Below are positions 46,501 through 59,868 of a stretch of 64,000 nt of DNA, in pieces; the stretch's first letter is position 1; each line of letters opens with the position of its first letter. The translations under genes were made by a program, and so were the position numbers. The notes beneath the pieces are model-generated. The model ran no database searches. It saw only the letters and a program-made list of their open reading frames with translations, and was not told the DNA's origin. The stretch covers positions 992,001 through 1,056,000 of the forward strand of contig CAWGMQ010000006.1 of NCBI GenBank assembly GCA_963823665.1, written 5' to 3'. The stretch is from an uncultured Planctomycetota bacterium (GTDB taxonomy: Bacteria > Planctomycetota > Planctomycetia > Isosphaerales > Isosphaeraceae).

Positions 46501-49500
46501 CCGAGCCGTTCACCAGTGTCTCGGTATCGACGGCGGTCACTCCGTCGTAGAAGGTGACGGTGCCGCCCGGCGTCCCGCTCCCGGGCGCAGCGGCCGTCAC
46601 TGTCGCCTGGAAGCTCACGGACTGGCCGAGGACCGCCGGATTGAGTGAGGTCGAGAGGGCGGTGCCCGTCCCGTCCTGGTTGACGGTCTGAGTGAAGGCG
46701 GTCGACGTGCTGGCGGCGAAGTCGGTGCTGCCGAGATACTGCGCTGTGATGAAGTGGCCGCTCACCGAGAGGGCCGAGGTCGTATACTCGGCCGTGCCGC
46801 CACTGAGAGATTCGGTGTCGATGGGCGTGTTGCCGTCGTAGAAGACCACCTTCCCGGTGGGCGTGCCGCTGCCCGGAGAGACGGTGGCGACGGTCGCGGT
46901 GAACGAGAGCGACTGGCCGTGGACGGTCGGATTGACCGAAGGCGCAGCGCTCGCGGCTGTACTGGCCTGGTTGACTGTGTCGATGAAGGCCGTCGAGGTG
47001 CTGCCGGTGAAGTTACTGTCGCCGCCGTAATGTGCGGTGATCGAATGGCTGCCGATGGCGAGGCCCGATGTCGTGTACGACGCCGCGCCGTTCACGAGCG
47101 TCTCGGTGTCGATCGGGGTGTTGCCGTCGAAGAAGATGACCTGGCCGGCCGGCGTCCCCGCCGCCGGGGGAGTGGCGGAGACACTCGCCGTGAAAGTGAC
47201 GGTCTGGCCGAAGACGGACGGGTTGACCGACGAGCCAACCGTCGTCGTGGCGCTCCCCTGCTTGATGGTCTCGTTGATCGTCGCCGAGGTGCTGCTCGTG
47301 AAGTTGGAGTCACTGCCGTACTGGGCGCTGATCGCGTGGCCGCCCAAGGAAAGCGCCGAAGTCGTGAATGTCGCCGAGCCGTTGACCAGGGTCTCTGTAT
47401 CGACGGCGGTCGCTCCGTCGTAGAAGGTGACGGTGCCGCTCGGCTTCCCGCTCCCGGGCGCGGCGGCCGTCACGGTTGCCTGGAAGCTCACGGCCTGTCC
47501 GAGCACGGCCGGATTGAGTGAGGTCGAGATGGCAGTGCCCGTCCCGTCCCGGTTGACGGTCTGGGTGAAGGCGGTCGAGGTGCTGGCGGCGAAGTCGGTG
47601 CTGCCGAGATACATCGCGGTGATGGAGTGGCCGCTGACGGCGAGGGCCGAGGTCGTATACACGGCCGTGCCGCCACTGAGAGACTCGGTGTCGATGGGCG
47701 TGCTGCCGTCGTAGAACACGACCTGGCCGGTAGGCGTGCCGCTGCCCGGGGAGACGGCGGCGACGGTCGCGGTGAACGAGACCGACTGGCCATGGACGGT
47801 CGGATTGAGCGACGGAGCAGCGCTGGTGGACGTACTGGCCTGGTTGACTGTCTGGACGACGGCCGTGGAGGTGCTGCCGGTGAAGTTGTTGTCGCCGCCG
47901 TATTGCGCGGTGATGGTATGGCCGCCGATGGCGAGGCTCGATGTCGTGTACGACGCCGCGCCGTTCACGAGCGTCCCGGTGTCGATCGGGGTGTTGCCGT
48001 CGAAGAAAATGACATGGCCGGTCGGCATCCCGGCCGCCGGGGGAGTGGCGGAGACACTCGCCGTGAAGGTGACGGTCTGGCCGAAGACAGACGGGTTGAC
48101 CGACGAGCCAATCGTCGTGGTGGCGCTCCCCTGCTTGATGGTCTCGTTGATCGTCGCCGAGGTGCTGCTCGTGAAGTTGGTGTCACTGCCGTACTGGGCG
48201 CTGATCGCGTGGCCGCCCAGGGAAAGCGCCGAGGTCGTGAATGTCGCCGAGCCGTTGACCAGGGTCTCGGTATCGACGGCGGTCGCTCCGTCGTAGAAGG
48301 TGACGGTGCCGCCCGGCGTCCCGCTCCCGGGCGCGGCGGCCGTCACCGTTGCCTGGAAGCTCACGGCCTGGCCGAGCACGGCCGGATTGAGCGAGGTCGA
48401 GATGGCAGTGCCCGTCCCGTCCCGGTTGACGGTCTGGGTGAAGGCGGTCGAAGTGCCGGCGGCGAAATCGGTGCTGCCGAGATACTGCGCGGTGATGGAG
48501 TGGCCGCTGACGGCGAGGGCCGAGGTCGTATACACGGCCGTGCCGCCACTGAGAGACTCGGTGTCGATGGGCGTGCTGCCGTCGTAGAACACGACCTGGC
48601 CGGTAGGCGTGCCGCTGCCCGGGGAGACGGCGGCGACGGTCGCGGTGAACGAGACCGACTGGCCGTGGACGGTCGGATTGAGCGACGGAGCAGCGCTGGT
48701 GGCCGTACTGGCCGGGTTGACTGTCTGGATGAAGGCCTTCGACTTGCTGCCGGTGAAGTTGTTGTCCCCGGAATACTGGGCCGTGATCGAATGGCCGGCC
48801 GCCTCGAGGCTCGACGTTGTGTAGGACGCCGTGCCACCGCTGAGGGTCTCGGTGTCAATGGCGGTGTTGCCATCGTAGAACGTAACCTGCCCGGTCGGTG
48901 TGCCGGCGTCCCGCGCCGCGGATGCGACGGTCGCCGTGAAGGTCTCCGACTGGCCGAAGACGCTCGGGTTGGTCGACGGCGCCACAGCCGTCGTGCTGCC
49001 GACCTGTTTGACGACCTGAGCGAGGTCCGTCGAGTTGCTGCCGCTGAAGTTCATGTCGCCGCTGTACTGGACGACGATCGCGTGCGTGCCCGCCGCGAAG
49101 GCCGACGTCGTGAACGAGGCCGAGCCGTCGGCGAGGGTCTCGGTGTCGATCGGGGTCCCCGCGTCGTAGAAGGTAACGGTGCCGGTCGGAACGAAGCTGG
49201 TCGACACGGCCGGCGTCACGTTCGCGGTGAAGGTGACGGAGTCAGCGTAATTTGAGGGATTCTCCGACGACTGCACCGCGGTCTGCGTCGTCGCTAGCTC
49301 GGACACGGCCACGAGATCCAGCTCGGTGGGGTTGCTGCCCGGGTTGAAGACGGGAGAGAATCCCGCGCACCCCCGAGATACAGGCCAAGCTCCTCGGAGA
49401 AGTCGCCGGCCTCCGAAGCGAACGTGATGACCGGATAGCTGTCTCCAGGCGGTGGCGTATAGCCGTTGATCAGGCTGACGCTGAGCGTTCCGTCGAGCGT

Positions 49501-52500
49501 CGCCACGCCGCTCACAGCGAGCTGGCCGAGCCCGCCCCCGACCGCCAGGCCGCCGACGCCTACCGCGTATGTGCCGCTCGATTCCTGGGTGTAGTTTCCG
49601 GTGACATTCAACGTGCCGGGCGCCAGGTCGATGGTCCCGGCGTTGTCCAGGTCACCGGCCGTGGTGAACGATCCGCCGTCCAGGATGGTCAGGTTTCCGC
49701 CAGGCGCGATCTGCGAAAGCGGCGACAGGCTGCTGAAATCCGCGCCCGCTCCGTCGAGCACAATCGTCGCCGCGTTCGTGGTGATGCTGGCGCCCAGCGA
49801 GATCGAGCTATTAACGTCCACGGTCCACGTCGCGCCGGTCAGCGTGCCGCCCGCGAGGTTCGTCGGCACGGTCGTCATCACCACCGCACCTCCGCCCGTC
49901 GCCTCGACCGTCCCGGCGAAAGTGCTATTACCGACGATCTCGAATGTGCCCCCTTGCACAAGGGTGGTGCCGGTGGACCCCTGGTCGAACACGGCATAGA
50001 CGAGCGAACTGTCGGTAGCCGCGGCGGACTGAACGACGGCACCATCGTTCTGGAAGGTCGTTCCAGTGCCGTCGGAATAGATCCTCGCGTTGGTAAGGAA
50101 AGTGAAGCTGGCACCCGTCTGATTATCGAAGGTGGCGCCGTCGTAGAGCCACAGGCCATAGTAGCTGCTGTTCAGGGTGGCGATGGTGGCGGCGCCCAGG
50201 TTGACCAGGGTGGCGCCGTCGAGAACTTCGACATCGGACTGGTTGGGGTCGCCGAGGGTGAGCGGTCCCTGAGCGGTGAGTGTGCCGCCGCCGGTGATGG
50301 TCCCACCGGTCCAGTCGGTCGAGCCGGTTACGGTGAGGGAGGAGAAGCCGGTCAGCGTGCCACCGCTCATGGAGAGAGCGGCGAAGGTGAAGGACCGGTC
50401 GGCGGCGAGGTTGAGCGACCCGCCGGATACCACGGTGCCCGCGGCGGAGTAGTTTCCGGCATCATTGAAGGTGGCCCTGTTGAAATAGACCGTACCTGCA
50501 CCGCTGATGGTTGATGAGCTGTCGAGGTTGAACGTACCGCCGTCGAACTCGAGGTAGGCGCCTACGTCGGCCGTCATAGTTCCGGTGATCGTACCGCCGC
50601 CCTCGAAGAACACGCCGCCACCCTGCACCTCGGTGCTGCCGGTGGCGCTCTGATTGAATATGGAGTAGATGCCGGAGGCGTTCGTGACCGCGGCCGTCTG
50701 GGTCAACAAACCGTCGTTCTGGAAGGTCGCTCCACTCCCGTCGGAATAGATTCCCGCGCTGGTGAGGTAAGTGAAGCTAGCACCGGTCTGATTGTCGAAG
50801 GTGGCGCCGTCATGGAGCCACAGGCCATAGTAGCTGCTGTTCACGGTGGCGATGGTGGCGGCGCCCGGGTTGACGAGGGTGGCGCCGTCGAGGAGTTCGA
50901 GATCGGACTGGTTGGGGTCGCCGAGAGTGAGGGAACCTCCAGCGGTGAGTGTGCCGCCGCCGGTGATGGTCCCACCGGTCCAGTCGGTCAAACCGGTCAC
51001 GGTGAGGGTGGGGAAGCCGGTGAGCGTGCCGCCGCTCATGGTGAGTGTGGGGATGGTGAAGGACTGGCCAGTGGCTAGATTGAGCGTCCCGCCGGAGATG
51101 TTGAGGCCGGCGCCAAGCTCGGTGATGGTGCCGGTGAGGTTGGCCGTCCCGCCAGAGACGACAGTGCCCGCAGCGGCGCCGTAGCTGCCGGCATCATTGA
51201 CGGTGGCCCTGGTGAAATAGACCGTACCTGCACCGCTGATGGTCGATGAGCTGTCGAGGTTGAACGTACCGCCGTCGAACTGGAGGTAGGCGCCTACGTC
51301 GGCCGTCATAGTTCCGGTGATCGTACCGCCGCCCTCGAAGAACACGCCGCCACCCTGCACCTCGGTGCTGCCGGTGGCGCTCTGATTGAAGATGGCGTAG
51401 ATGCCGGAGCCGTTCGTGACCGCGGCCGTCTGGGTCAACAAGCCGTCGTTCTGGAAGGTCGCTCCACTCCCGTCGGAATAGATTCCCGCGCTGGTGAGGT
51501 AAGTGAAGCTAGCACCGGTCTGATTGTCGAAGGTGGCGCCGTCATGGAGCCACAGGCCATAGTAGCTGCTGTTCACGGTGGCGATGGTGGCGGCGCCCGG
51601 GTTGACGAGGGTGGCGCCGTCGAGGAGTTCGAGATCGGATTGGTTGGGGTCGCCGAGAGTGAGGGAACCTCCAGCGGTGAGTGTGCCGCCGCCGGTGATG
51701 GTCCCGCCGGTCCAGTCGGTCAAACCGGTCACGGTGAGGGTGGGGAAGCCGGTGAGCGTGCCGCCGCTCATGGTGAGTGTGGGGATGGTGAAGGACTGGC
51801 CAGTGGCTAGATTGAGCGTCCCGCCGGAGATGTTGAGGCCGGCGCCAAGCTCGGTGATGGTGCCGGTGAGGTTGGCCGTCCCGCCAGAGACGACAGTGCC
51901 CGCAGCGGCGCCGTAGCTGCCGGCATCATTGACGGTGGCCCTGGTGAAATAGACCGTACCTGCACCGCTGATGGTCGATGAGCTGTCGAGGTTGAACGTA
52001 CCGCCGTCGAACTGGAGGTAGGCGCCTACGTCGGCCGTCATAGTTCCGGTGATCGTACCGCCGCCCTCGAAGAACACGCCGCCACCCTGCACCTCGGTGC
52101 TGCCGGTGGCGCTCTGATTGAAGATGGCGTAGATGCCGGAGCCGTTCGTGACCGCGGCCGTCTGGGTCAACAAGCCGTCGTTCTGGAAGGTCGCTCCACT
52201 CCCGTCGGAATAGATTCCCGCGCTGGTGAGGTAAGTGAAGCTAGCACCGGTCTGATTGTCGAAGGTGGCGCCGTCATGGAGCCACAGGCCATAGTAGCTG
52301 CTGTTCACGGTGGCGATGGTGGCGGCGCCCGGGTTGACGAGGGTGGCGCCGTCGAGGAGTTCGAGATCGGATTGGTTGGGGTCGCCGAGAGTGAGGGAAC
52401 CTCCAGCGGTGAGTGTGCCGCCGCCGGTGATGGTCCCGCCGGTCCAGTCGGTCAAACCGGTCACGGTGAGGGTGGGGAAGCCGGTGAGCGTGCCGCCGCT

Positions 52501-55500
52501 CATGGTGAGTGTGGGGATGGTGAAGGACTGGCCAGTGGCTAGATTGAGCGTCCCGCCGGAGATGTTGAGGCCGGCGCCAAGCTCGGTGATGGTGCCGGTG
52601 AGGTTGGCCGTCCCGCCAGAGACGACAGTGCCCGCGGCGGCGCCGTAGCTGCCGGCATCGTTGACGGTGGCCCTGGTGAAATAGACCGTACCTGCACCGC
52701 TGATGGTCGATGAGCTGTCGAGGTTGAACGTACCGCCGTCGAACTGGAGGTAGGCGCCTAGGTCGGCTGTCATGGTTCCGGTGATCGTACCGCCGCCCTC
52801 GAAGAACACGCCGCCGCCCTTCACTTCGGTGCTGCCGGTGGCGCTCTGATTGAAGATGGCGTAGATGCCGGAGGCGTTCGTGACCGCGGCCGTCTGGGTC
52901 AACAAGCCGTCGTTCTGGAAGGTCGCTCCACTCCCGTCGGAATAGATTCCCGCGCTGGTGAGGTAAGTGAAGCTAGCACCGGTCTGATTGTCGAAGGTGG
53001 CGCCGTCATGGAGCCACAGGCCATAGTAGCTGCTGTTCACGGTGGCGATGGTGGCGGCGCCCGGGTTGACGAGGGTGGCGCCGTCGAGGAGTTCGAGATC
53101 GGATTGGTTGGGGTCGCCGAGAGTGAGGGAACCTCCAGCGGTGAGTGTGCCGCCGCCGGTGATGGTCCCGCCGGTCCAGTCGGTCAAACCGGTCACGGTG
53201 AGGGTGGGGAAGCCGGTGAGCGTGCCGCCGCTCATGGTGAGTGTGGGGATGGTGAAGGACTGGCCAGTGGCTAGATTGAGCGTCCCGCCGGAGATGTTGA
53301 GGCCGGCGCCAAGCTCGGTGATGGTGCCGGTGAGGTTGGCCGTCCCGCCAGAGACGACAGTGCTCGCGGCGGCGCCGTAGCTGCCGGCATCGTTGACGGT
53401 GGCCCTGGTGAAATAGACCGTACCTGCACCGCTGATGGTCGATGAGCTGTCGAGGTTGAACGTACCGCCGTCGAACTGGAGGTAGGCGCTCAGGTCGGCT
53501 GTCATGGTTCCGGTGATCGTACCGCCGCCCTCGAAGAACACGCCGCCGCCCTTCACTTCGGTGCTGCCGGTGGCGCTCTGATTGAAGATGGGGTAGATGC
53601 CGGAAGATTGCGTGACTGCGGCCGCCTGAGTCAACAAACCGCTGTTCTGGAATGTTGCTCCATTCCCGTCGGAATAGATTCGCGCTGGTGAGGAAAGTGA
53701 AGCTGGCACCGGTCTGATTGTCGAAGGTGGCGCCGTCGTAGAGGAACAGGCCGTAGTAGCCGCCGTTCAGGGTGGCGATGGTGGCGGCGCCCGGGTTGAC
53801 GAGAGTGGCGCCGTCGAGTTCCTCGATGTCGTACTGGTTGGGGTCGCCGAGGGTGAGGGAACCCTGAGTAGTGAATGTGCCGCCGCCGGTGATCGTCCCG
53901 CCCGTCCAGTCCGTATGCCCCGAGATCGTCAGGCCGGCGGCCAGGGAGAGCGTCCCGCCGCTCATTGTCAGGTTGCCTGAGTCGGTCGAGTTCGTGGCGA
54001 TCGCCAGCGAGCCGTTCGAGAAGCTCAAGGTTGTCCCGATCGCGACCGTCAGGCTGTAGACCGAGTCTGCCGTATTCGCACCATGCGTGACCGTGATGCC
54101 GCTGATGTTGATCTGCGCACGGTCGTAGTCCGTCGGCACGTGGTGGTCGGTCGGGTCGGCGGCATTGACCCAGTTGCTCGCGGTATCCCAGTCGCCGCTG
54201 CCGGCGTTCGTCCAGATGATGACCTCTGGGGTCACCACCTGGTTGATGACCGGCGACTGGCTCCCGGTGAAATTCGAGTCGCCTGCATACACGACGCTGA
54301 TCGCATGGCCGCCGCCGGCGAGCAAAGAGGTCGTGTACGAAGCCGTGCCCCCGGCCAGGGTCTCGGTGTCGATGGCGGTGGTGCCGTCGTAGAACGTGAC
54401 CGTCCCTCCCGGTGTGCCGTGGGCCGGTGCCGCCGGTGAGAGGGTCGCCTTGAACGTCACCGACCGGCCGCCGATCGAGGGATCAAGCGAGCTCGCGAGG
54501 GACGTCGTGCTCCCGACCCGGTTGACGACCTGATGAAGTGCCGTCGAATTGCTGCTGCTGAAGTTGGAGTCGCCGTTGTACTGGACGATGATCGACTGCT
54601 GGCCGCCCATGAGGACCGACGTCGCGAACGAGGCCGCCCCGTTGACCAGCTTCTCGGTGTCGATTGCGGTCCCGCCGTCGTAGAAGGTGACGGTCCCCGT
54701 CGGGACCAGGCTCGTCGATCCGACCGGGCTCACGTCCGCGGTAAGCGTCACGACATCGCTGTAGTTCGACGGGTTCTCGGACGACTGGACGGTCGTGTTC
54801 GTGCCCGCCGGCTCGGAGACGACCGCCAGGTCGAGCTCCGTAGGGTTTATGCCGGGGTTGAAGATCGGCGTGAAGCCCGAGCCGTCCTCGAATGCGAGGC
54901 CGAAAAGGGCGGAAAAGTCGCCGGCCACCGAGGCGAATGTGAGGATCGGGTAGCTTGCTCCCTGCGCCGGGGCATAGCCATCGATCAGGCTCGCACTGAG
55001 GATCCCATCGAGCGTCGCCTGGCCCGACACGTCGAGTAGGCCGAACTGACTGCCGGCTGCCGGGCCGCCGAAGCTCGAGTCAAATTCGCCCGAGTTCTCC
55101 TCCGTAAAGTTGCCTTGGACGGTCAAGGTGCCTGGCGCCAGGTCGATCGTCCCGGCATTGTCGAGATCCCCGGCGGTCGTGAACGATCCGCCCTCAAGCA
55201 CCTCCAGGCGATCGCCCAATGCGATCTGAGCAAGCGGCGACAAGCTGCTAAAATCGGCGCCAGTCCCGTCAAGCGTGATGGAGGCTGCGTCGGTCGTGAT
55301 GCCCGCTCCGAGCGACATCGAGCAGTTGGCGCCGACAATCCAGATGCCTCCCGTGAGCGTCCCGCCCGCAAGGTTCGTCGGCGGAGACGTCATCACGAGG
55401 GAACCGCCCGACGTTGCCTCGACGATTCCGGCGACCGTAACTGCGCCGCTGAGCTGAAGCGTGCCCGAGGAAACCGCGACCGTGCCGGTGTCAGTGAGCG

Positions 55501-58500
55501 TGATTCCGCCGCCGATGATGCTGTTCCCGGTGCCGCCGGTCTTGCTCAGGGTGCCCTCGTTGAGGAAGGTGCCGCCCGAGGGGCTGCCGCCGTTGCTGTT
55601 GATCGAGGCGTCGGTGATGAAGGCGAAGCTGCCACCTGCCTGGTTGTCGAAGGTGGCGCCCGATGAGAGGTTCAGGCCGTAGCTGGAGCTGTAGCCGGCC
55701 AGAGTGGCGGCCCCGGCGTTCTCGAGAGTGCGCTGGTCGAGGAACTCCTGGTCGCCCGCCTGGTCGCCGAGGGTCATGCCGCCCTCGGCGACGGTCGTCC
55801 CCGTGCCCGACTCGTATCCGCCGACCCAGGTGATCGGTCCGGTGACCGTCAGCGTGCCGGCGCCGGCGAGCGTGCCGCCCGTCTGCGTCAGAGCCCCGGT
55901 ACAGGAGGCGACGCTAAAGTCGACCTCACCGCCGCCGACGAACGTCGTGCCGGAGACGCTGTAGGTGCCGGCCACGGTGACCGTGGCGCCGCTGAAGCTG
56001 ACGGTCCCCGTGCCCGTGCCGGTGATCGACGAGCCGGCCACGGCGGCGAAGGTACCCCCGCCGAAATCGAGGTCGGCGCCGGGGTCGGCCGTCAGCGTGG
56101 AGGCGCCCGAGATGGTCCCGCCCCCGCGGAGGCTAAGGGTGCCCGAGAGGGCCTGGAGCGTGCCGGTGTCAGTGAACGTGATTCCGCCGCCGATGATGCT
56201 GGTCCCGGTGCCGCCGGTCTTGGACAAGGTTCCGTCGTTGACGAACGTGCCGCGATCAGGAGTACCACCTGCATCGCCGATCTCGGCGTCGGTGACGAAG
56301 GCGAAGCTGCCCCCGGCCTGGTTGTCGAAGGTGGCGCCCGATGAGAGGTTCAGGCCGTAGCTGGAGCTGTAGCCGGCCAGAGTAGCGGCCCCGGCGTTCT
56401 CGAGAGTGCGCTGGTCGAGGAACTCCTGGTCGCCCGCCTGGTCGCCGAGGGTCATGCCGCCCTCGGCGACGGTCGTCCCCGTGCCCGACTCGGATCCGCC
56501 GACCCAGGTGATCGGTCCGGTGACCGTCAGCGTGCCGGCGCCGGCGAGCGTGCCGCCCGTCTGCGTCAGCGCCCCGGTAGAGGAGGCGACGCTAAAGTCG
56601 ACCTCACCGCCGCCGACGAACGTCGTGCCGGCGACGCTGTAGGTGCCGGCCACGGTGACCGTGGCGCCGCTGAAGCTGACGGTCCCCGTGCCCGTGCCGG
56701 TGATCGACGAGCCGGCCACGGCGGCGAAGGTACCCCCGCCGAAATCGAGGTCGGCGCCGGGGTCGGCCGTCAGCGTGGAGGCGCCCGAGATGGTCCCGCC
56801 CCCGCGGAGGCTAAGGGTGCCCGTGAGGGCCTGGAGCGTGCCGGTGTCAGTGAACGTGATTCCGCCGCCGATGATGCTGATCCCGGTGCCGCCGGTCTTG
56901 GACAAGGTCCCGTCGTTGACGAACGTGCCGCCATCAGGAGTACCACCTGCATCGCCGATCTCGGCGTCGGTGACGAAGGCGAAGCTGCCCCCGGCCTGGT
57001 TGTCGAAGGTGGCGCCCGATGAGAGGTTCAGGCCGTAGCTGGAGCTGTAGCCGGCCAGAGTAGCGGCCCCGGCGTTCTCGAGAGTGCGCTGGTCGAGGAG
57101 CTCCTGATCGCCCACCTGATCGCCGATGGCCATTCCACCAAGGGCGTCGGTCGTGCCGCTTCCCGCCATCTCGCCGCTCATCCAGGTGGTCAGCCCAGTG
57201 ACGGTCAGCGTGCCGTTGCCGGTGATTGTTCCACCCGTCTGCGTGAGATTCGGCAGGGTCGCGGCGCCGGCGACCGTTGCCGTTCCGCCGGTCAGTCCCA
57301 CCGTGCCCGTGCCGATGACATCGAGCCCGTCCTCCAGCACGAAGGCGCCGGCATCCAGGCTGACGGCGCCGGTGACCGTGACCGTTCCTCCCAGCGCGCC
57401 GCCCCCGCGGAGGCTAAGGATGCCCGAGAGGGCCTGGAGCGAGCCGGTGTCGGTGAACGTGATTCCGCCGCCGATGATGCTGGTCCCGGTGCCGCCGGTC
57501 TTGGAGAAGGTCCCGTCGTTGACGAACGTGCCGCCATCAGGAGTACCACCCGCATCGCCGATCTCGGCGTCGGTGACGAAGGCGAAGCTGCCCCCGGCCT
57601 GGTTGTCGAAGGTGGCGCCCGATGAGAGGTTCAGGCCGTAGCTGGAGCTGTAGCCGGCCAGAGTAGCGGCCCCGGCGTTCTCGAGAGTGCGCTGGTCGAG
57701 GAACTCCTGGTCGCCCACCTGATCGCCGACGGTCATGCCGCCGTCGGCGACGGTCGTCCCCGTGCCCGACTCGGATCCGCCGGCCCAGGTGATCGGTCCG
57801 GTGACCGTCAGCGTGCCGGCCCCGGTGAGCGTGCCGCCCGTCTGCACCAGATCGGGCAAGGTCGCGGCGCCGGCGACGGTCACCGTCCCGCCGGTCAGCC
57901 CCATCGTGCCCGCGCCGCTGACGTCCAGCCCGTCCGCCAGCGTGAAGTCGCCCGCGTCGAGGCTGACGGTGCCAGTGACCGTGTACGTGCCGCCCAGGCT
58001 GCCGCCTCCCCGGAGGCTGAGCGTACCCGTGCCGGCGTTGATCGCGCCCGTGCTGGTCAGCGTGACGCCGCTGCTGATGGTGCTGGTCCCGGTGCCGCCG
58101 GTCTTGCTGAGGGTGCCGGCGTTGATGAAGGTGCCGCCGTCGGGCGTGCCGCCGAAGTCCTGGATCACGGCGTCGGTGATGAAGGCGAAGCTGGCCCCCG
58201 CCTCGTTGTCGATGGTGGCGCCCGAGGAGAGATACAGGCCGTAGCCGGAGCTGTAGCCGGCCAGGGTGGCGGCGCCGGCGTTGTCGAGTGTGCGCTGGTC
58301 GAGGAACTCCTGGTTGCCTAGCTGGTCACCGACGGTCATGCCGCCGTCGGCGACGGTCGTCCCCGTGCCCGACTCGGATCCGCCGGCCCAGGTGATCGGT
58401 CCGGTGACCGTCAGCGTGCCGGCCCCGGTGAGCGTGCCGCCCGTCTGCACCAGATCGGGCAAGGTCGCGGCGCCGGCGACGGTCACCGTCCCGCCGGTCA

Positions 58501-59431
58501 GCCCCATCGTGCCCGCGCCGCTGACGTCCAGCCCGTCCGCCAGCGTGAAGTCGCCCGCGTCGAGGCTGACGGTGCCAGTGACCGTGTACGTGCCGCCCAG
58601 GCTGCCGCCTCCCCGGAGGCTGAGCGTACCCGTGCCGGCGTTGATCGCGCCCGTGCTGGTCAGCGTGACGCCGCTGCTGATGGTGCTGGTGCCGGTGCCG
58701 CCGGTCTTGGAGAGGGTGCCGGCGTTGATGAAGGTGCCGCCGTCGGGCGTGCCGCCGTGGTCCTGGATCACGGCGTCGGTGATGAAGGCGAAGCTGGCCC
58801 CCGTCTCGTTGTCAATGGTGGCGCCCGAGGAAACGTACAGGCCGTAGCCGGAGCTGTAGCCGGCCAGGGTGGCGGCGCCGGCGTTGTCGAGTGTGCGCTG
58901 GTCCAGGAACTCCTGGTCGCCCACCGGATCGCCGATGGCCATTCCGCCAAGGGCGTCGGTCACGCCACTTCCCGCCATCTCGCCGCCCATCCAGGTGGTC
59001 AGCCCGTTGACAGTCACCGTGCCGGTGCCGGTCAGCGTTCCGCCAGAGAGCGTCAGGCTGCCGGAGATGACCGATGTTGACGCCACAGATAGAGTGCCAC
59101 TAGAAATAATCAAATTGGCACTGCTCATGAGGCTGTTGACCGCGTCGGATGCCGAGGACGCGTGCGTGACCGTGATGTCGCTCATATTGATCTGAGCGTC
59201 GTCAGATGCACTCGGCACCTGGTGGTTGCTCGAGTCGGCTGAGTTGACCCAGTTGCTCGCAATATCCCAGTCGCCACCTGCCGCGTTGGTCCAGACGTAC
59301 GTCGCCAGCAGCGTCCGGGCCTCGAGCGACTCGAGCGAAGCTCGAAATCCGCGGCCGCGGGGCGGGGAGGTGGCGCGCCGGCTCGGGCGCATTTTCTTCA
59401 ACTTGCGGTTCTGCTCAGGGCTGCCGTTCAT
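26315..59431 (-). CDS. Giant (~11,000 aa) modular surface/adhesin-like protein, split by 6 apparent frameshifts (~53681, 49365, 42580, 41326, 41047, 40578)
   Basis: N-terminal 'LESLEARTLLA'; two beta-helix repeat blocks; 14 Big_3-like domains; SdrD_B-like; ~13 CARDB-like; propeller; ~9 putative-Ig; YD repeats; dockerin-like; second propeller; metzincin motif HELGHVLGLPD. Each break falls mid-domain and reading resumes in another frame. Confidence 0.85.
42551..49312 (-). other. Giant gene segment: 12 Big_3-like domains, SdrD_B-like domain, CARDB repeats
   Basis: 'SS.NP...GQ.VTFTATV....PTG.V.FYDG...YGGD.NF..S' x12; 'PDL.V..V.......V.WTV.N.G' repeats. Confidence 0.85.
45800..49290 (-). repeat. 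Ig-domain array with an 873-bp higher-order repeat (3 domains per unit)
   Basis: Homologous alternative-frame ORFs recur at 46219, 47092 and 47965 (873-bp period). Confidence 0.85.
50480..53700 (-). repeat. Near-identical 732-bp (244-aa) tandem repeats, about 4.5 copies plus diverged flanks
   Basis: Near-identical ORFs at 50812, 51544, 52276, 53008; unit contains 'GDPNQSDLELLDGATLVNPGAATIATVNSSYYGLWLHDG'. Confidence 0.95.
55480..59000 (-). repeat. Six beta-helix repeat units with 603-bp and 678-bp periods
   Basis: 'QE(F/L)LDQRTL' anchors at ~58907, 58304, 57701, 57098, 56420, 55742 (603, 603, 603, 678, 678). Confidence 0.9.
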
Positions 59432-59700
59432 CACGGAGTTCTCACCTTCCTGGAATTCCTCGGACGGATCTCAAAGTTGTGTGACCAGGGCGGTGCCGAA
59501 CGAGTGGCGCGAGCGCGGCCGCACCGCGGGGCGCGATGTCCCGATCCGCGCACGTCAAATCGTTTCTCTCGTCGGTTCCGGCTCAAGCCGTAGTTGCCCC
59601 GCTCACAGCGCAGCGCCGAACGACGCACCACCGAGTCGCAGCATGTCGCCCCATCCCGTTGCCACGTTCGTCGCTGATTCTTCTCGGCCTATGAGCGAAC

Positions 59701-59731
59701 TCCTGCGGTCTGTAAAGAAACGTTACAGGCT
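59701..59731 (-). promoter_or_regulatory. Putative ECF-type promoter for the giant gene (AGCCTGTAAC-N14-CGCAGGA)
   Basis: Both boxes identical to those upstream of the divergent ECF gene at 59869-59900. Confidence 0.65.
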
Positions 59732-59868
59732 GAACGCGAATTTTCGGGCTCGCGTCAAATGCACGGGCACCATCCGGGGCCGCGCCACCCAGACGCTCTG
59801 TGGACGTGTGTGCGCCCACGGCGACTCGAAAAATGCGCATTTTTGAAAGAATCTCGTTAGAGTAAATG

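Noticed and set aside
2400..53700. Widespread pseudogenisation or programmed frameshifting (about 14 frameshifts)
   Set aside because: Breaks are 1-2 nt indels mostly in G/C runs or CG repeats across unrelated genes, without accompanying nonsense decay or common slippery motifs. Long-read error is the simpler explanation, though unverified without reads.
26477..59195. Many long plus-strand ORFs opposite the giant gene (e.g. 32387-35713, 35831-37891, 47627-49255)
   Set aside because: Shadow ORFs from high-GC codon bias; Arg/Gly-rich with no recognisable domains.
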